Shown piece after piece: positions 28,169 to 44,169 of a stretch of 64,000 nt of DNA. A program made the translations under genes and the position numbers. This DNA is from Octopus vulgaris (Eukaryota). The number at the start of each line of letters is the position of its first letter. The stretch's first letter is position 1. Location: the NCBI GenBank assembly GCA_951406725.2, contig OX597832.1:66340001-66404000 (forward strand). Direction: 5' to 3'. The notes beneath the pieces were generated by a model, which worked only from the letters and a program-made list of their open reading frames with translations, did not search any database and was not told the origin of the DNA.

Positions 28169-29671
28169 TGTAATATATCACATGTTTTCTACAATATGTA
28201 AATGTAAAACACTCATTAACAATGAAACACGTGTAAATTTGAATAAACACGGCCGTACAATTTCTCAGTCTCAAAAACACGCACGCACACACACATACAA
28301 ATATTTTTTTTTATTCTTGGGGATGGTCATACACGACGAGTAATTGTGTCTCTCATTAAAGTATATATCTCGTTATCGCTCTGTCTCTCTCATCACACAC
28401 ACGCTTGTATATATTAAATTTATATCTTTATGCGTGCATGTGTACATATGTGTATAGGTATTACATTCAGAACGAAATATCTCTTCTCAAAATCGCTTAC
28501 AGCAACGTTATCATTATCAATGAAAATTGTAGGAAACGAGTGATAATGCAACGTAAGTTATTTTAAAAAGAAACATATGTACATGTATAAATTTAGGTGT
28601 AATATACAGCTGTGCTATCATTGTGATCATGCGTATATAAATATAACACATTCGTACATACACTTATGCATAGATACACATACACAGACAAAAGTATTTC
28701 ACAACTAGTTTGAGTGTATGTCTGTCGCATTCTTTTGTTAAAGAAGTTTTAGTTTGTATGGATTTACAAAGTAAAATTTCTTTGTTTCAGTTTAAAAGAA
28801 ATATACGCAATGAATAAGTTATTTGAATATGAGTAGTTAAAGAGATTAGTAAATGTAATTTCAAGATTTATAGAAATTTGATATGAATTTAGCTGAATCT
28901 TTAATTAATGCAAAACAAGCAACATGAAAATTAATTCGCTCAAACATGGAGGCAGGGATTCAAGCACAATCTCTCACACGAATATATATAGAACATAAGA
29001 ATTAAGATACGTTAGATATACACTCACAAATACAGAATTAAATATCTATGTATTATAATTGAAAACCTTTTTTATTAAAAAGTTTTCTACAGCATATATA
29101 ACAATGACCAACATATGTTTCTACCGCAGCAACTGCACATTGCTCTGTATGCAATTATGCATCCTTGTCGCTGCAATTTGATCAAGGGTCCATCAGTTAC
29201 GACATTTTCAAAGTGAACTAATTCAAACAAGATTTTTGCCTTTTTAAATCGATTTCAATCCTGGTTTTATAATGTTTATTTACACTTAATTGTAACAGTT
29301 TTGTTTACATTTTGCACTATGGAGTATATTATTTATTCAGAGGTATTTCACTTATTTCAGTATTATACCCTCAATCAATATTATTGTCATTATAATCATA
29401 ATGATATTTATTAATATGATTTAATAAATATCATTAATTATCACAATCATTGTTTTAACTAGTATAATTACTAAAGATGGCAAGTTATTTTTATTTAAAT
29501 CAATTAAGCGTATATTTAATACTGTGTGGATATAACATGAGAGTGATAAAAATTGCCTACTAACTAGACAGCGTTTTATAGACATCTGTATACAAATATA
29601 TATATGAATTTGTATATAAATATACATACAGATATATATATATATACAAATATATGTATGTGTGTGTGAGA

Positions 29672-29725
<54 letters not shown>

Positions 29726-29940
29726 GTCTACATGTCCAGGAAAAGGGAAAGATGTAAACATACAGATTCAAAACTGTAAGAAAAGCACCAGGGGCAAACA
29801 CATCAAAATGTCTACAATACATCAATATATATATATACACATAAGCATGTATTTGTTTATGTGTGTGTGCGTGTACATATATACATATATACATATATAC
29901 ATATATACATATATACATATATACATAATACATATATACA

Positions 29941-30006
<66 letters not shown>

Positions 30007-31099
30007 CATGGTGCGTATGTTATTTGAGGACATATGTTAATTTTACTATAGCAGCATATTTATCAACTTAATATTTTCTATATTTCAGAATTATCAGGGG
30101 CAGACACAATGATTTCACCAGAAAGGAAGAGAACGCAGTTATGTTGGCTATAAAGGCTGAACATAGCAATCTAGAGATAGCATGATTTTTAAAAGTCGCT
30201 AGATCCTTCTCAAAGAACACCGTGAGTCAGAAGGAACAATCCGAAATGTTATCCACAAAATCATCAGATACGATTCTTATGCGATGAGAAAAGGTAATTT
30301 CATGCCAGGAACAGAGAAAGAAAATCGCTTAATCAGATCTCAAGGACTCGTAAGCAAACTTAAAAACCCAGCTGAGAACATCTCATTTGGTTCTTCTCAG
30401 TCAAGAATTACTTTGATCAAGATCAGAAAGTAACCAAAAGAAATGAGAGATGTCTATGTACAGACCCTTCGGAAGTTCCAAGAGCAATGCATACAAAATT
30501 CCCTGCAGCAGTCATGGTTTTGCGGGGTTGTCAGCAATGAAGGACATGTGATGCCTCCTCACTTCTTTTCACAAAGTCTTCGAGTAATCTCTGCTGCCTA
30601 CACTAATGTTCTGAAGACAGTGGTTAAGTCATGGATCAATAATGTAGGCAACGGAAGACCTTATGTGTTTCAACAAGACTCGGCAACATCACACAAGGCT
30701 GCAGCATCTCAGGAATGGATGGCGGAAAAAGTTCATGATCAAATAACCCGCAACATTTGGCCTCCAAGCTCCCCAGATCTCAATCCATTGGACTACTATG
30801 TATGGAGTGTACTTGAGAGAGAAGTTAATGAGCACCCTCATAATATGAAAGAATCCCTTTAAGCCTCCATAGTCAGAGAAGAGACCAATATGAACACAGA
30901 CCACTTGATCCTAGCATTTAGGCAATTCAGACCTTGCATAGAAGCTGTTGTAATTGAAGGATATTTATTGAATAAAATGACGAAACAATAGGTTTATTCT
31001 TATCCTCAAAAATTTTCCAAGAAAATGACAGAATTGTCTGTTTCTAAGACTCAATTTTGCGTATGTATATAACTGTCCTCAAATACCTTACGCACCCTG
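30007..31099 (+). mobile_element. Internally deleted DD37D (maT-like) transposon
   Basis: TIRs catggtgcgtatgttatttgaggaca / tgtcctcaaataccttacgcaccctg, flanked by TA. ORF 30443-30862 has VVSNEGHVMPPHFF and FQQDSA...WPPSSPDLNPLDYYVW, with 37 residues between the 2nd and 3rd D. Confidence 0.92.
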
Positions 31100-31816
31100 T
31101 AAGCATATATATGCATATATATGCATATATGTATGCATGCATATGTGAGTATGTAATTTTATCTAAACGTAATTAATCTTGACAGATTCGCAGGTACAGT
31201 TCAATATGCAAAAATTTACAGACGCATATCTATATAGATACATAAATAGCTATAAAACATGAGAGTACATATATATAGGCGTAGGATGATATGGCCATGT
31301 CGTACAAGAAGAGAAATATCAATATGACCATCTCGTAAAAGAGTAGAAATAGCAATTTTGACTTTCAGTTATTGGAAACAGTATAAAGAAAAAGTTGGCA
31401 AGTAGTGAATATAAGGAGTGAGTAAATTGATAGTACGAGTTTGGTAGGGCGTAGGGTTTCTCAAAAATTTGTTGACCTATAGACGCCTTTCATTACTATT
31501 TTTTCTGATGGGGCCTCATAGCCATTCCATAATTATACAGTAGTTTTAAAGAAACTTCTTTCAAAATTCCTATTTTGTTTTCCATACATTAAATGGTGTA
31601 GGTTGAGCTATGTAAACATTAGAGAAAGAAGCCTTGCTCTTTCGTGCAATATGTACTAGTACATACATCTGAAGTAATACATTGTCAGGGTCTCTTAAAC
31701 TATTGTTCTAGATCTCTCATACGCTATTGTGTTGCATAAACCCCAAAAAACTTTATATGGACCCTGGTCCGGAATCGCTGATGTAGCATGTAGATATACA
31801 GAATCCCGTTTCGAAG

Positions 31817-31851
<35 letters not shown>

Positions 31852-32426
31852 TGCCCACACACGCACACATGTGTCATACACACAACATATACATACGCAG
31901 CTGATATACACAGGTGACACATACATCCGCATATTCTCGAGCGGATAACCGATAAGCACCCACACAGTTTGTTATACGTACCAAGTGCAAGAACGAGCTG
32001 ATAGCCCCGCACGACAGCACACGCACATGGTCACTCTCCCATCATAGACACACGCATTTGCATCAGCCAACTACATGTACGCAGTCATACAGCTGGTAAC
32101 CCCCTCCACACATACACACAGACACACACATCTTCCTCCCTTGCCGGTCATGGATCAGATGTACCGCAACTGTTCTCAAAGACCGGTCGGACAGCGAGAA
32201 GCCCGCGGTTCAGGTAATTCTCTTTAATGCAATTGGTGTCACTGGAATTTCGATTTCACATCGAATAACACCATGTGACCCGCCTAGCCCATTTGCAGCC
32301 CTCTTTCCGATAGCCGTACTGGATTTCTACAACGCACAGGATCGAATGAAATTGATAATATCCGTAACTCTATTAAATGAGATCAGTGCCTCTTTTGTTC
32401 CTTTCCTCCACTCGTCCTTATATATA

Positions 32427-32536
<110 letters not shown>

Positions 32537-32547
32537 AGATATATATT

Positions 32548-32695
32548 TTTTTATTCTTTTGTTTGTTTCAGTCATTTGACAGCGGCCATAATAGAGCACC
32601 ACCTTTTGTCGAAAAATTGAACCCAGGATTTATTCTTTGTGAACGTAGTTCCCTTTTGCTGAATCGCTAAGCAAACTCTTTACCACACAGCCACA
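32548..32695 (-). mobile_element. Deleted SINE family A remnant
   Basis: ttgtttcagtcatttgacagcggccat...ttaccacacagccac joins the family A tail to its head. Confidence 0.65.
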
Positions 32696-32741
32696 CATAG
32701 ATAGGTATACATATATACACACATACATTCATACACATATG

Positions 32742-32809
<68 letters not shown>

Positions 32810-32929
32810 CACTATGAACATAACACTCTCACGCACACATAATCACATACACACTCACACTTACACATACATTTTAAGTTTGCACAATAAAATCTGACAT
32901 TGTTAAATATCATATATACAAACCGAAGC

Positions 32930-33420
32930 GGAATTTTTAAAAAATGTTTTCAACTGAAACCTCTTTTAAATTTTGCATTCTTTAAAAGCGATAAACATAG
33001 GCGCATTAATGGATTCCACAGAATATAATGTTGTATAACCAGAGAAGCCAGCACCGTTTACAATTACTATTCTTCATGTTTCACAATCCCCAAATTAAGT
33101 AGATGGCACCTTCCAAAATGATGAATAGCTTTAATAGTTACTTTATTTTATACAAGCTATGGATTTCGAAAGCCAACAAAGTACAATAAACATAATATTT
33201 TGTACAACTCCATTTCATTTATTCTCAACAGCCCCAAAGTATTCTATATGGTATTGCATAATCACACACCAGCACCGAAAATAATTGCATTAATAAATTT
33301 CTAAAGAAAGCGCTTGTGATATAATCATAAATCATAATTCTCAAACCAAATGCAAATAACGCAATTAAATAAGGACAAACATAGAATATACCAACCATTA
33401 GATTTCTTTTGAAAGCTTTT
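32930..33420 (+). pseudogene. Possible very decayed PLE RT C-terminal fragment
   Basis: Remnants KP..HVSQSP, HLPK, NIIFCTTPF (cf. NIIWFNPPF) and KFLK appear in the expected order. Confidence 0.3.
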
Positions 33421-33643
33421 CGGTTAAGACATTTTTACATTTGGATGAGTAATGACAGAGCTTAATTTCAAATTTTATATCTTATATAAATATGTATCAC
33501 AACTACCCGAACGACCTTCACATTTCTTTATCTTATTTCAATCCTCAATGTTAACTCCACATCCTCCTCTATCTCTTTTTTCTCTTTCCTCTAACTCTCC
33601 TCTTTTATATATGGATGATATACATATTCACCTCACCATCTCA

Positions 33644-33679
<36 letters not shown>

Positions 33680-34400
33680 ATACATACATATATATATATA
33701 TATATGTATATATCGTGTGTGTATAGATATGTACGTATATATATATATACGTATATATATATATATACGTATATATATATATATATTACTTACATAAATA
33801 CCCCTCCACACACGCATAAACACACACGGACACATACACGAGTGTTATTTGACAATCCCGCCTTTGAAGAGATTATCATGACATATCATCGTTAATATAC
33901 TTCGGAACATAATGTTAGAATGAAGCAAACAGCAGAGGGTAAAATCGTATAAAATGTTACCCAAACGAATATGCATTATATTTTATCACTGATCCCAAAG
34001 TACTCATTGCATTACTAAAGAACAGTAATTATTTCTTTTTACATCATTAGTATGTTACTCTGCTACGGTTTATGAAGAGTTCAAAATAAGATATAACTAT
34101 CTGTAGTTACATTTGAAAGATGTCTCACCATATCGGAGGTAGCCAAAAATATATAATATAATATAATATATAATATAATATAATATATAATATAATTTAT
34201 AATATATAATATTTTCGCAGTTGTTGCTTAGAATTACTTGATCACCTATAGAGGGGGAAAAGTGCATATTTCTATACTTACATAGGTACGCACAGCTGCA
34301 CAAAATGAAGTGCTTTCTAGAAACTATTAGAGAAATCACGAAAGCGAGCAATAAGTTAAAGTAAATTACTATCCCTCGAATATGGACACATTCATACACG

Positions 34401-34448
<48 letters not shown>

Positions 34449-35369
34449 AACACACACACACATAGATGTATCGATATTGGGTCATTTGATAAAGGAGATA
34501 TAGAAGAGAGGGGGAGGGTTAAGGTTGTTGGAAATTAGTTTTCCTTTCTTACACAGACACAGACTTACACACTCGCATGCCCACACACACACACACCCCC
34601 CACACACATACATACACACACGGGCGCACAGAGACCACATACACACATACAACAAGTATGCACACGTATCTTTAGGTCAATTGTTTTGGTTGTTTCTGAG
34701 GCATGTAGAATTTCTGTTAATTAATTTGGAGATCTTACAGAGACCACGGGACATTCACCTGTTTTTTAATACACGTGTTTTAACAAACACTAATGTGTAT
34801 CGTATTTGTGTCACGATTTTCATCAATTCTCCGTCGTATTTTCAAGTTGTGATTGTGGAAGTAACTGTTGTACAATGATAATACATTCGCCACGACGTGT
34901 TATATTATTCAATTATTATTTTTTTTCTATGTTGAACTTAAAATTATACATTCAATAATAAAAATTTTGTATAAATATTCGAGCTTCAGCGTGAAGAACC
35001 CTATCTCTCGGCAACTGCATTACATAAAATATTAGTCTGTTGTCCGAGTGTCTAGATTTCTTTTTATCTTTAACAAGTCTAAGAAACGGATGGTGTGTTC
35101 CAATGATTGTATTTGACTTTAGACATCTTGATAATTTTTACTGTAGTTTGATTCACCATAGCGAAATGGGGATTTATGTGAAATTTCGTGACAGTTCGGA
35201 TAATAGTTTTGGCTTTGTGAGAGGACGTCTTTGGAAACGCTGTTTACATTGGCATTGTAAAGTACCCAGTGGTAGAAGGCACATGATAACTCATTATTAG
35301 AGATTGTTTGGCGTCACCTGAAGAACCCTGCAATGATGGTCTTTGAGTTCAATGTGTGTATGTGTGTAT

Positions 35370-35472
<103 letters not shown>

Positions 35473-35484
35473 TATATACGCACA

Positions 35485-35699
35485 CGAGGGCTGCTGAAAA
35501 GTTACTGGCTTCGGGTAAAAGAAAATATAAGTGGATCAGTTAATCATGATTTTATTCAACATATTTTCATCTCAGATTCACACCCTTATTTCTGCGTTCC
35601 TTTAATGCTCCTAAGCGGCGTAAAAGAACCCGGAAGGTTGGGCCTCCAATGAGGCCTTTCGCGATACTCTTAAAGCCAGGAATTTTTCAGCACTCCACG
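35485..35699. mobile_element. Mariner-derived MITE, ~215 bp
   Basis: TIRs cgagggctgctgaaaagttactggctt / aagccaggaatttttcagcactccacg followed by TA. No coding content. Confidence 0.75.
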
Positions 35700-37424
35700 T
35701 ATATATTTCCGAGGAAGTCAAGACGAATAAGCAATTTGGACGCTTTCTTTGAAAAATCTTATAATCAACCAATGAAAGGCCGAGCGTTAAAATCAGGCGT
35801 GGGTATTATGTTACTGCCATTAGATCCATTGGTTCCACGATTCTGTGATATTATTCCTGTATATAGTTTTAGCCGGAAATATCAAGGAAGAGAAAACATT
35901 TACATTTATTTTCTTTATATCTCTCTTGTATCTTACATAGACAATAAAAACAATAAGAGTTTACTGTTTGAGCTAGAGACTTGTGCAGAACGCTTTGTTG
36001 CATAGCTTGCTGCGAAAATTACTTCCCAAACACACATTTACATGATATATATTACGCTGATGTACATACACAAATCGTTGTGTTACTAGCGAATACACAA
36101 AACGTCTTAGCTGCAGAATATCATCTTATAAATCTTCTGAAGGTAATTTCAAAATACGTCACCACACCAGAACATTAACAAGAAGACCAATTGCAATCCG
36201 ATTGCTTCCTTTTATTTTTTCACTCGTCACAGGAAGCAGATGAACGATATAGATGCTAGGTGCGTTTCGCGAAAACGGAATCTGATACAAACTGACAATG
36301 AAAACATTCTAGTGCTCAAAATTATTGTTTTGCGTGATTTTCTCCTCCGAAGAGTGATGAATTCTGGCCTTAATAAAGATGGGAATTTCACTGGATATCA
36401 GATTTTACACCAACCGACAGTAAATGATATTGTAAAATATATTTTGTGCCGGCATATCTGTGTTTTTGTTTTATTTAATTTTCTTGAAATACCATTGGAT
36501 CTATTGTATATTTAGTGTGATCGAAAATACACAGCAACGCAGATATATCTTTAACTGTGAAATGCAATACTACATTTTACCGAAATCACAAATATTTCTC
36601 TTAAGTGCAAATAAGGCATAGGCTAGAGCGTACTGAAAATAAATGTAAAGAAGAAAAGAAATGAAAAATATCTTACTGATCCGGTGACACTATCCGCGGC
36701 AGGTTCCAGCTTCATGTTTGGTAGAAATTAACAGCTTTAGCAACATGATAAACTATGAGAACCCAAAACAATCAATAAATGGTAGCTCGTCTGCAAAATA
36801 TAGCGGACACATGATGCTCAACGTTCCATTCTGATGCTTACGCGTAAAGACCAAATTTTGCAAAATGTATTTTCAAAATTCACTATATTGTAAAAAGGCG
36901 AGTACGATAATAATTGAACTGGGCAAACGATGGCCAGTGTTTCAAGAGTAGTCGCCTGCTTATGACATTGCTTCTATTTGTTTTATTCAACCATGAAATA
37001 CTGTTCACACTGCTTCGGAAAATATTTGATCAAAACGTAGCTGAACTGTTGGTTTCACAAATGAAAACTATTGCACAGAATAGAAGCATATTACTCAATC
37101 ATACATTTAAACAATGTTTGGCATTGATATCGTTTTGCAAAGAAATGTGTAAGTTCTTTGACTTCAGTAAGATTTATGGTTTTGTGTTATCAGTGTTATT
37201 TTCGAGTGAATAAAAGATCTACTGACAACCAAAAACATAACTATATTGTCAACGGCACGCATCTCAACACTAACATTGTTAAAGATGCGGTACATTTCGA
37301 TGATCTAAACATTTTATAACGAAATTTGTGAAGTGTAATATATTTATTACAGACTTTCAATGGGTGGATCACTGATTTCACACATTTGTAACGTTGAAAG
37401 CGTCAAATACACACACACACATTG

Positions 37425-37595
37425 ATATGTATGTGTGTGTGTATTTGACGAGCTTCTCCCAATTTCCGCTTTCGAATCCACCCACAAGCCTTTGGTCGGC
37501 TCGAGGCTATAGTGGAAAACATTTGCCCAAGGCGACACGCAGTGGGCTTGAATCCGTTACCATGTCGTTGGGAAGCAATCTTCCTACCAGCCATT
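37425..37595 (-). mobile_element. Partial SINE family A
   Basis: atccacccacaagcctttggtcggctcgaggctatagtggaaaacatttgcccaagg matches the family A body. Confidence 0.7.
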
Positions 37596-37791
37596 CGCAG
37601 CAAACAATTTCTCTATAAAATTCTATAAATTCAAGAACGGCAATCATTGTTTATATCAAGCGATTTGGGGGTATCTCTGACAGTGAGAAATAATTATGTC
37701 GAATCACCGAGAGATAATGATGTCAAAACATTGGTGCTTTAAAGTAACGAACACACATCTTCTAAAGAGTGAAGGTTGTCGTAAAAAAGAG

Positions 37792-38126
37792 GAGACCACC
37801 TTCGGTCATGAATGACCATGGGATATGTACTTAGAAAGTTAGCCTCCAAGACACAAGTCCAGGCAAAGTTGTTTGTGGAAGGCCAGCGGTCGTCCATGCA
37901 TACCGGCCTCCCCTCTCCACATCACTGATGCTATCCAAGATAAAGGCAAAGGACGATACAACTTGGCACCAGTGATCTCGCAACTCATTTCTATAGCTGA
38001 GTGAACTGTAGCAATGTGAAATAAAGTGTTTTGCTCAAGAACACAACATGCAGCCCGGTCCGGGAACCGAACACACACCCTCACGAACGTAAGCTCGACG
38101 CTCAAACCTCTGAGCCATGCGCTTTC
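37792..38126 (-). mobile_element. tRNA-derived SINE
   Basis: Minus strand: gcgcatggctcagagg (A box), gttcggttccc (B box), central ttgtgttcttgagcaaaacactttatttcac, and a tail ending cccatggtcattcatgaccgaagg. Confidence 0.8.
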
Positions 38127-39713
38127 ACTCGTCAAGAAGAAACACAACAGTAACACATACAGGATTAAATCTGTCGGAAAGTGTTCAGAACGAATGAATA
38201 CATTAATGTTTTGATTATCAGTTGTACTTAAAATAATTGAACACATATAGACACACTCACATGCACACATGCACACAATTACACACACACGCAAAGGCAC
38301 AGACATACACACGCACTCAAACACACGTACAGTCACACACACACACACACTCTCTCACACAGATACAGACACAACATATATCGGCTGATGCTACCTTGAC
38401 TACCAAAATCCACTCGTAAGTCATTGGTTAATCTGATAAAATGGTGGAAGGCATTTGGCCAATAGGAACAGAAGGGAAAACACATAGATGGGAACTGAAC
38501 TTGGTATTCAATACATACTTACTCGTTTGAAAATATTCCATATCATTACTGATCAGTATTCCCCTCCTCTTTGTATGTAACACGTTTACTTGTTTTAGTG
38601 ACACCTCTTCTCCATAGGTGGTCGGTAGCTAAACATGCAGAAAAAATACAAGTGTGGTACTGAATGATTAACAGAGAAAACGGAAAGACAATAAATTTGC
38701 TTGGCTCACTAGTTGGGTGGAACAGAACCGTGTTAATGTATTTAGAAGTAAATTAATGCCATATCGTAGAAATAACACCAACCGTTGGGAAAATATCTGC
38801 AAGAACGATAACGTTAAGATATCTGAAAAGACAACTGAGGCGTTATCAAACCTTGTTATTTGCAAAGAGAGGTGGAAGCATCGAAATCGTGAATAAATAT
38901 GAGATAAGAGTATTCAAAACATGAATAAATATGAAGCTTCTAGGGCCGAAATCTGAAGGATGACCATCTAAGTTAACCAAAATCAATTAAACAGTGTCCT
39001 GATGTAGTGAATGCTGCAGGAACACCGTAAAAGGGATTTAATGCTTCATTAAAGGGAATTTATGAAGGCAGTGCGAATTATATGTTCTCATAAGAGATAC
39101 ATACACTTATAGTCGATAAGAAAAAAAAACCATTTACAAAGGCACAATCAATGTAACACCGACAGAGTGTGCCAAGGTTATAGAAATGCAGAAATATGGA
39201 AAAGAAAAACAAATCATGCATCGACGGAGACATGAGTTACTAAGCAATGTGGAGACTTAGAAAATCAGATCGGAAAAGATTCGCCGAAACGAAAATGTTT
39301 TTTCATTATTAAATATAATACAGCATATTTTATGAAAAATACATCACAGAAATTGCTCATACTCACATACACTCACACACACAGACACGCACATACACAC
39401 AGACACACATAAACACACAGGCACACACACACAACACACACACACACACATATATATATTTCTATTTATCTATCTTTTTTTTAAACATATATATATATAT
39501 TTATTTATTTATATATATACACACATAAAAGTATATATACACATATACATATGTATATATCTATATAATACACGCAGAAGAAAACACTCACACACACACA
39601 TATATATATATAAATGAAGATGCATGTAGTTGGCGTATATATATGCACGTGTATATATTTATACATATATATATACATATATACATGCACACATATATAC
39701 ATATATATATATG

Positions 39714-39756
<43 letters not shown>

Positions 39757-39910
39757 GTAAACATTCACACATACATCGAAACAACAAATGGTGTTGTCTA
39801 ATGGCTACTTAGAAATATCATGGACACGCACTTATACTTAGCTTCAAGGTCGTAAATTATCTCATATATACACACATGCAAACACAAATACATAAGTACC
39901 AGCATATTAA

Positions 39911-39972
<62 letters not shown>

Positions 39973-40737
39973 GTGTGCGTGCGTGTGTTTGTGTGTGTAC
40001 GTCTATGTGTGTGTTAATGTGTTTGTGCATACTGTGCCTATTGGAAATCTACCAATTTATGAGTCTATCCATGTTTTAATACCGTTACCACCCTACCATA
40101 ACACTCTATCGCTATAAATTTACAGTTAGGACCATCTGAAGAGTTACTTCTAGAGAATATATACATGAATATTATAAAACACACATACAACAGACGGAAA
40201 TCCACACGCAGACTATCTCACACGCACACAAACTAGAATGTAAGTACAAAATCTTATACGCATCAACACCAGTAGAAACGCATGGCCCCATACATACATA
40301 CAAACTAAACAATAGTATTGCGCTAACATACACATATGCAAAACGAGTATGCACAATATTGAAACACAGTATCGTCTAATAAAACATTAGCCGAATACCC
40401 ATAATATTCATTTCTGGCAGATCGGATTTTCTTACACTCTACATTTACTTTTGTTTTCGTCTTCATCTTACCATTGAGCCAATCACATTAACCCCTGTAC
40501 AGATGTCCTAGAAACGGCGGCAAATGTCTGAGATTAATCCGAATAAGATTAAACGAAGCAAATCGACACTAGCTCATACCATTCTTTCTCCAAACGAAAC
40601 CTAACCAGCTGCCTTGAAATAGTTTATGGTTTAGAAGATGCTATTTAATGATATACTTTACTGAAATAGTGTAATCCGCATGCAAAACGAGCTTAAAGAA
40701 TACTCTATATGCTTGCACATCTATATAACATTTATTA

Positions 40738-40790
<53 letters not shown>

Positions 40791-40814
40791 TGTATATATG
40801 TTTAAACATACCTA

Positions 40815-40862
<48 letters not shown>

Positions 40863-41233
40863 GTGGGTTTATATGCAAATGTATGTATATATATGCACAC
40901 ATATTTATATGTGTGTGTGTATGTATATATATACACGTTTGCTTGCGTATATATGTATATATACATTTATGTAAATATATGTACATATGTACACACACAC
41001 ACACACACATACATATGTATGCTTACATATAGTGTCAGACACACTCACACATATATATCTCTATATGTGAGGGTATATATGTATATGAACGTGAATCTAT
41101 GTATGCGAAAGATTGTGTTATAAACATGCAAATACACAGTTATATATGAGCCATTATCCGATGAGGCACATCAATGAACCACGTAAAAACAGTTATACTT
41201 GAACACACACAAACACAAGCAAACAAGCCCGAC

Positions 41234-41270
<37 letters not shown>

Positions 41271-42608
41271 GCGCATACATAAAGTATACCACACGTATAA
41301 TAAGTATTATAGATAAAGCATAAATATGGATGAGTGATTTTATTATATATATTGGACACAACTTATATGTCTACAGAAACGCATTAGCAAAACATTTTTT
41401 TCCTGAATATATACTTCCTCTATGGTCATCCATAGAGCAGTTCGACAAATAATATTATTTCCGAAGATTTACTGCTTGTATGGTCTCTCATACACCACTC
41501 GCTTATTTCAAGCGTATATATAATTGTTTAAATAAGACTCAGCTTTTCAAGATGTGACTCAGTTTAATCCTTAGTGCAAACGACTGGTTTTGTTTTCCTT
41601 CTTGTTATACTGTATTTTTTCCAGTTATTTCATTTTATTTTTTTATAAATTTCTATATACGCATCGTGAATAATTGTGTTGTTGCTATTTCCATTGACAC
41701 CAGGATTCTACACTTAATTTGATAATATTTGCAAGGTGTCATGGTTTCGTGTTTTCGGTGCAGCGAGTGATACGTGAATAATAGCAGAACGATTATATAT
41801 ATATATATATATATATACTTGAATACTAACTCATATTCACACATAGATACAGAGACACACACACATACACATATTATTGTAGCCTGAGGTCAAGTTGGCT
41901 TTTCATGTGTCCACGTGGTTGAAGCACGTACTAATAATAGAAAGATTCTAGAAGCAATAATTCTATACGAAAATATACTTTGAAACGATGGGTAAGATAT
42001 AGTGCATGGCTTAATATTGCAGAGTTTATGAAAGTGAACCGTTGCCAACTCGCAACATATTTCGTAAACTTCTATCTTTCCTTAATCTTCTCTCTGTGTC
42101 TAAATAAACCGTGTAAAATAATGTGTTTCAATCTAATATTGTTTTCTTTCATAGGCACAAGTGCCAATATTTTGGAGATAATTAAAAGTTTGGTTGTTGC
42201 GTACTTGTTTAAACGTGTTCCGTTATATGATCATGCAGATTGTGTTTCAATATGTGTTTGAGTGTATGTTTGTCTGTATGCATGCGCGTGTGTGTTAAGT
42301 CTGTGTTTCCCAAACTCTTTTCGGGTTATCCCCACAAATATTACTCAGGCTACATTTCTAGCGCTCCCCCTCCTCACACTAACCCCCTCCAAACACAGAC
42401 CGCTTACTGAAGCAAATTCAAAACAACTATTTATTTCACAAATAAAACTTAACCTAATTAAACCCTTGCTTCCTTTTGGCCATCCCATTATCGCACCCAC
42501 TTTCGTCAACGCCCTTCTAGATATTTCTACCGATCTCAGTGAAGCGGTACCTTCCACTTTGGGAACCACAGTGTTAAGTAAACGCGAAAGACCATGTGGC
42601 TCACGCTA

Positions 42609-42930
42609 GTGGCTTAGTGGTTCATCCGATTCACAGTCGTACGGTTTTGTATTCGATTCTCTACGGCCCGTTGTGTCCTTGAGCAAATCACTTCATTTCA
42701 CGCTGTCCACTCAACTGGAAAAACTGAGTGGTACCTTTATTTCAAAGAGTCAGATTTGTCACGTTCTGTGTCACGCTGAAATTCCCTGAAAACTGTGTTG
42801 ACGGTGCGCCTCTGTGTTTGTGTTTGTGTGTGGGGGAAGTGCTCAACTACTTGCACGTTAATTAACTCAACTAGCTGTTCTGTTGATCGGATCAACTGGA
42901 ACATTTATCGTCTTCACCGACGATGTGCCA
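42609..42930 (+). mobile_element. tRNA-derived SINE sharing its 3' half with 58618-58993
   Basis: gtggcttagtgg A box, attcgattc B box, and tail gctgttctgttgatcggatcaactggaac. Confidence 0.75.
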
Positions 42931-42949
42931 TTTTGTATGTATTTATTTA

Positions 42950-43355
42950 GGCGCAGGAGTGGCTGTGTGGTAAGTAGCTTGCTAACCAACCACATGGTTC
43001 CGGGTTCAGTCCCACTGCGTGGCATCTTGGGCAAGTGTCTTCTGCTATAGCCCCGGGTCGACCAATGCCTTGTGAGTGGATTTGGTAGACGGAAACTGAA
43101 AGAAGCCTGTCGTATATATGTATATGTATATATGTATGTGTTTGTGTGTCGTTGTTTGTCCCCCTAGCATTGCTTGACAACCGATGCTGGTGTGTTTACG
43201 TCCCCGTCACTTAGCGGTTCGGCAAAAGAGACCGATAGAATAAGTACTGGGCTTACAAAGAATAAGTCCCGGAGTCGATTTGCTCGACTAGAGGCGGTGC
43301 TCCAGCATGGCCGCGGTTAAATGACTGAAACAAGTAAAAGAGAAAAGAGAAAGAG
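42950..43355 (+). mobile_element. SINE family A copy
   Basis: ggcgcaggagtggctgtgtggtaagtagc...gggttcagtcccactg...atgactgaaacaagtaaaagag. Confidence 0.9.
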
Positions 43356-43696
43356 TATGTATGTAAATATGTATGTATGTGTGTGTGTATGTGTGCGCGC
43401 GTGCAAGTATGTCTATATGCGATGAGGACCGTGTCTCTTATTTGCCCGTCGGTTCTGTCTACATTTTCTGTAAAATGCTCTAACAACGTACCGTCAATAT
43501 TTTAAGTTGTACAGGTTACGTTTTAATGCGTTTTGAAAAGTTTTCTGTAAGAATCTCAGCTAAAATGTATCGGATTATTGGACTAAGCCCAGCTATTTTC
43601 GTCCTCTTTTCAAAACTTGTCAATTTCGAGAAAGTATTTTATCAATCCTGAAATTCCCTGTGCACTAAAATTCGTGTGTATGTAAAGAAAAAACAA

Positions 43697-43736
<40 letters not shown>

Positions 43737-44169
43737 CACTAATAGTAATGGTAAGGCAACAAAAGAATAAAAGAGACCTCGATATTATGTAAATAGAGGA
43801 ATTTATCTGAAATATAATATGTGACAAGTATTCGGTTGCCATAATAAGGCTCCAGGTTCTGGATGTCGGGGCAGAAACCTACTCCGGCATATCTTCAGTT
43901 ATCGAGGCAATAAAAATATACTATGAAAATAACCGTTAAACAAAACGAAATGACCATGTAATTGACCGTTATTAAGAGAAAAGAGTTATTAGAACGACGG
44001 TGCATCGTTGTGCGCGCGCGCATGTGTATGTATGTACATGCGTACATAGGCGATTGCTATGAGTATTTTTACTTCTTTACTTATTACTTCCACCCCTTCA
44101 GTTATTTCCTCCATATTTAACGGCTATTCTAATAGCTCGTTTGTTTTAATAACGGTCAATTACATAGTA

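Noticed and set aside
38670-38896. ~75-codon open frame on the plus strand
   Set aside because: No start codon, clear splice signals or recognisable motif; compatible with chance.
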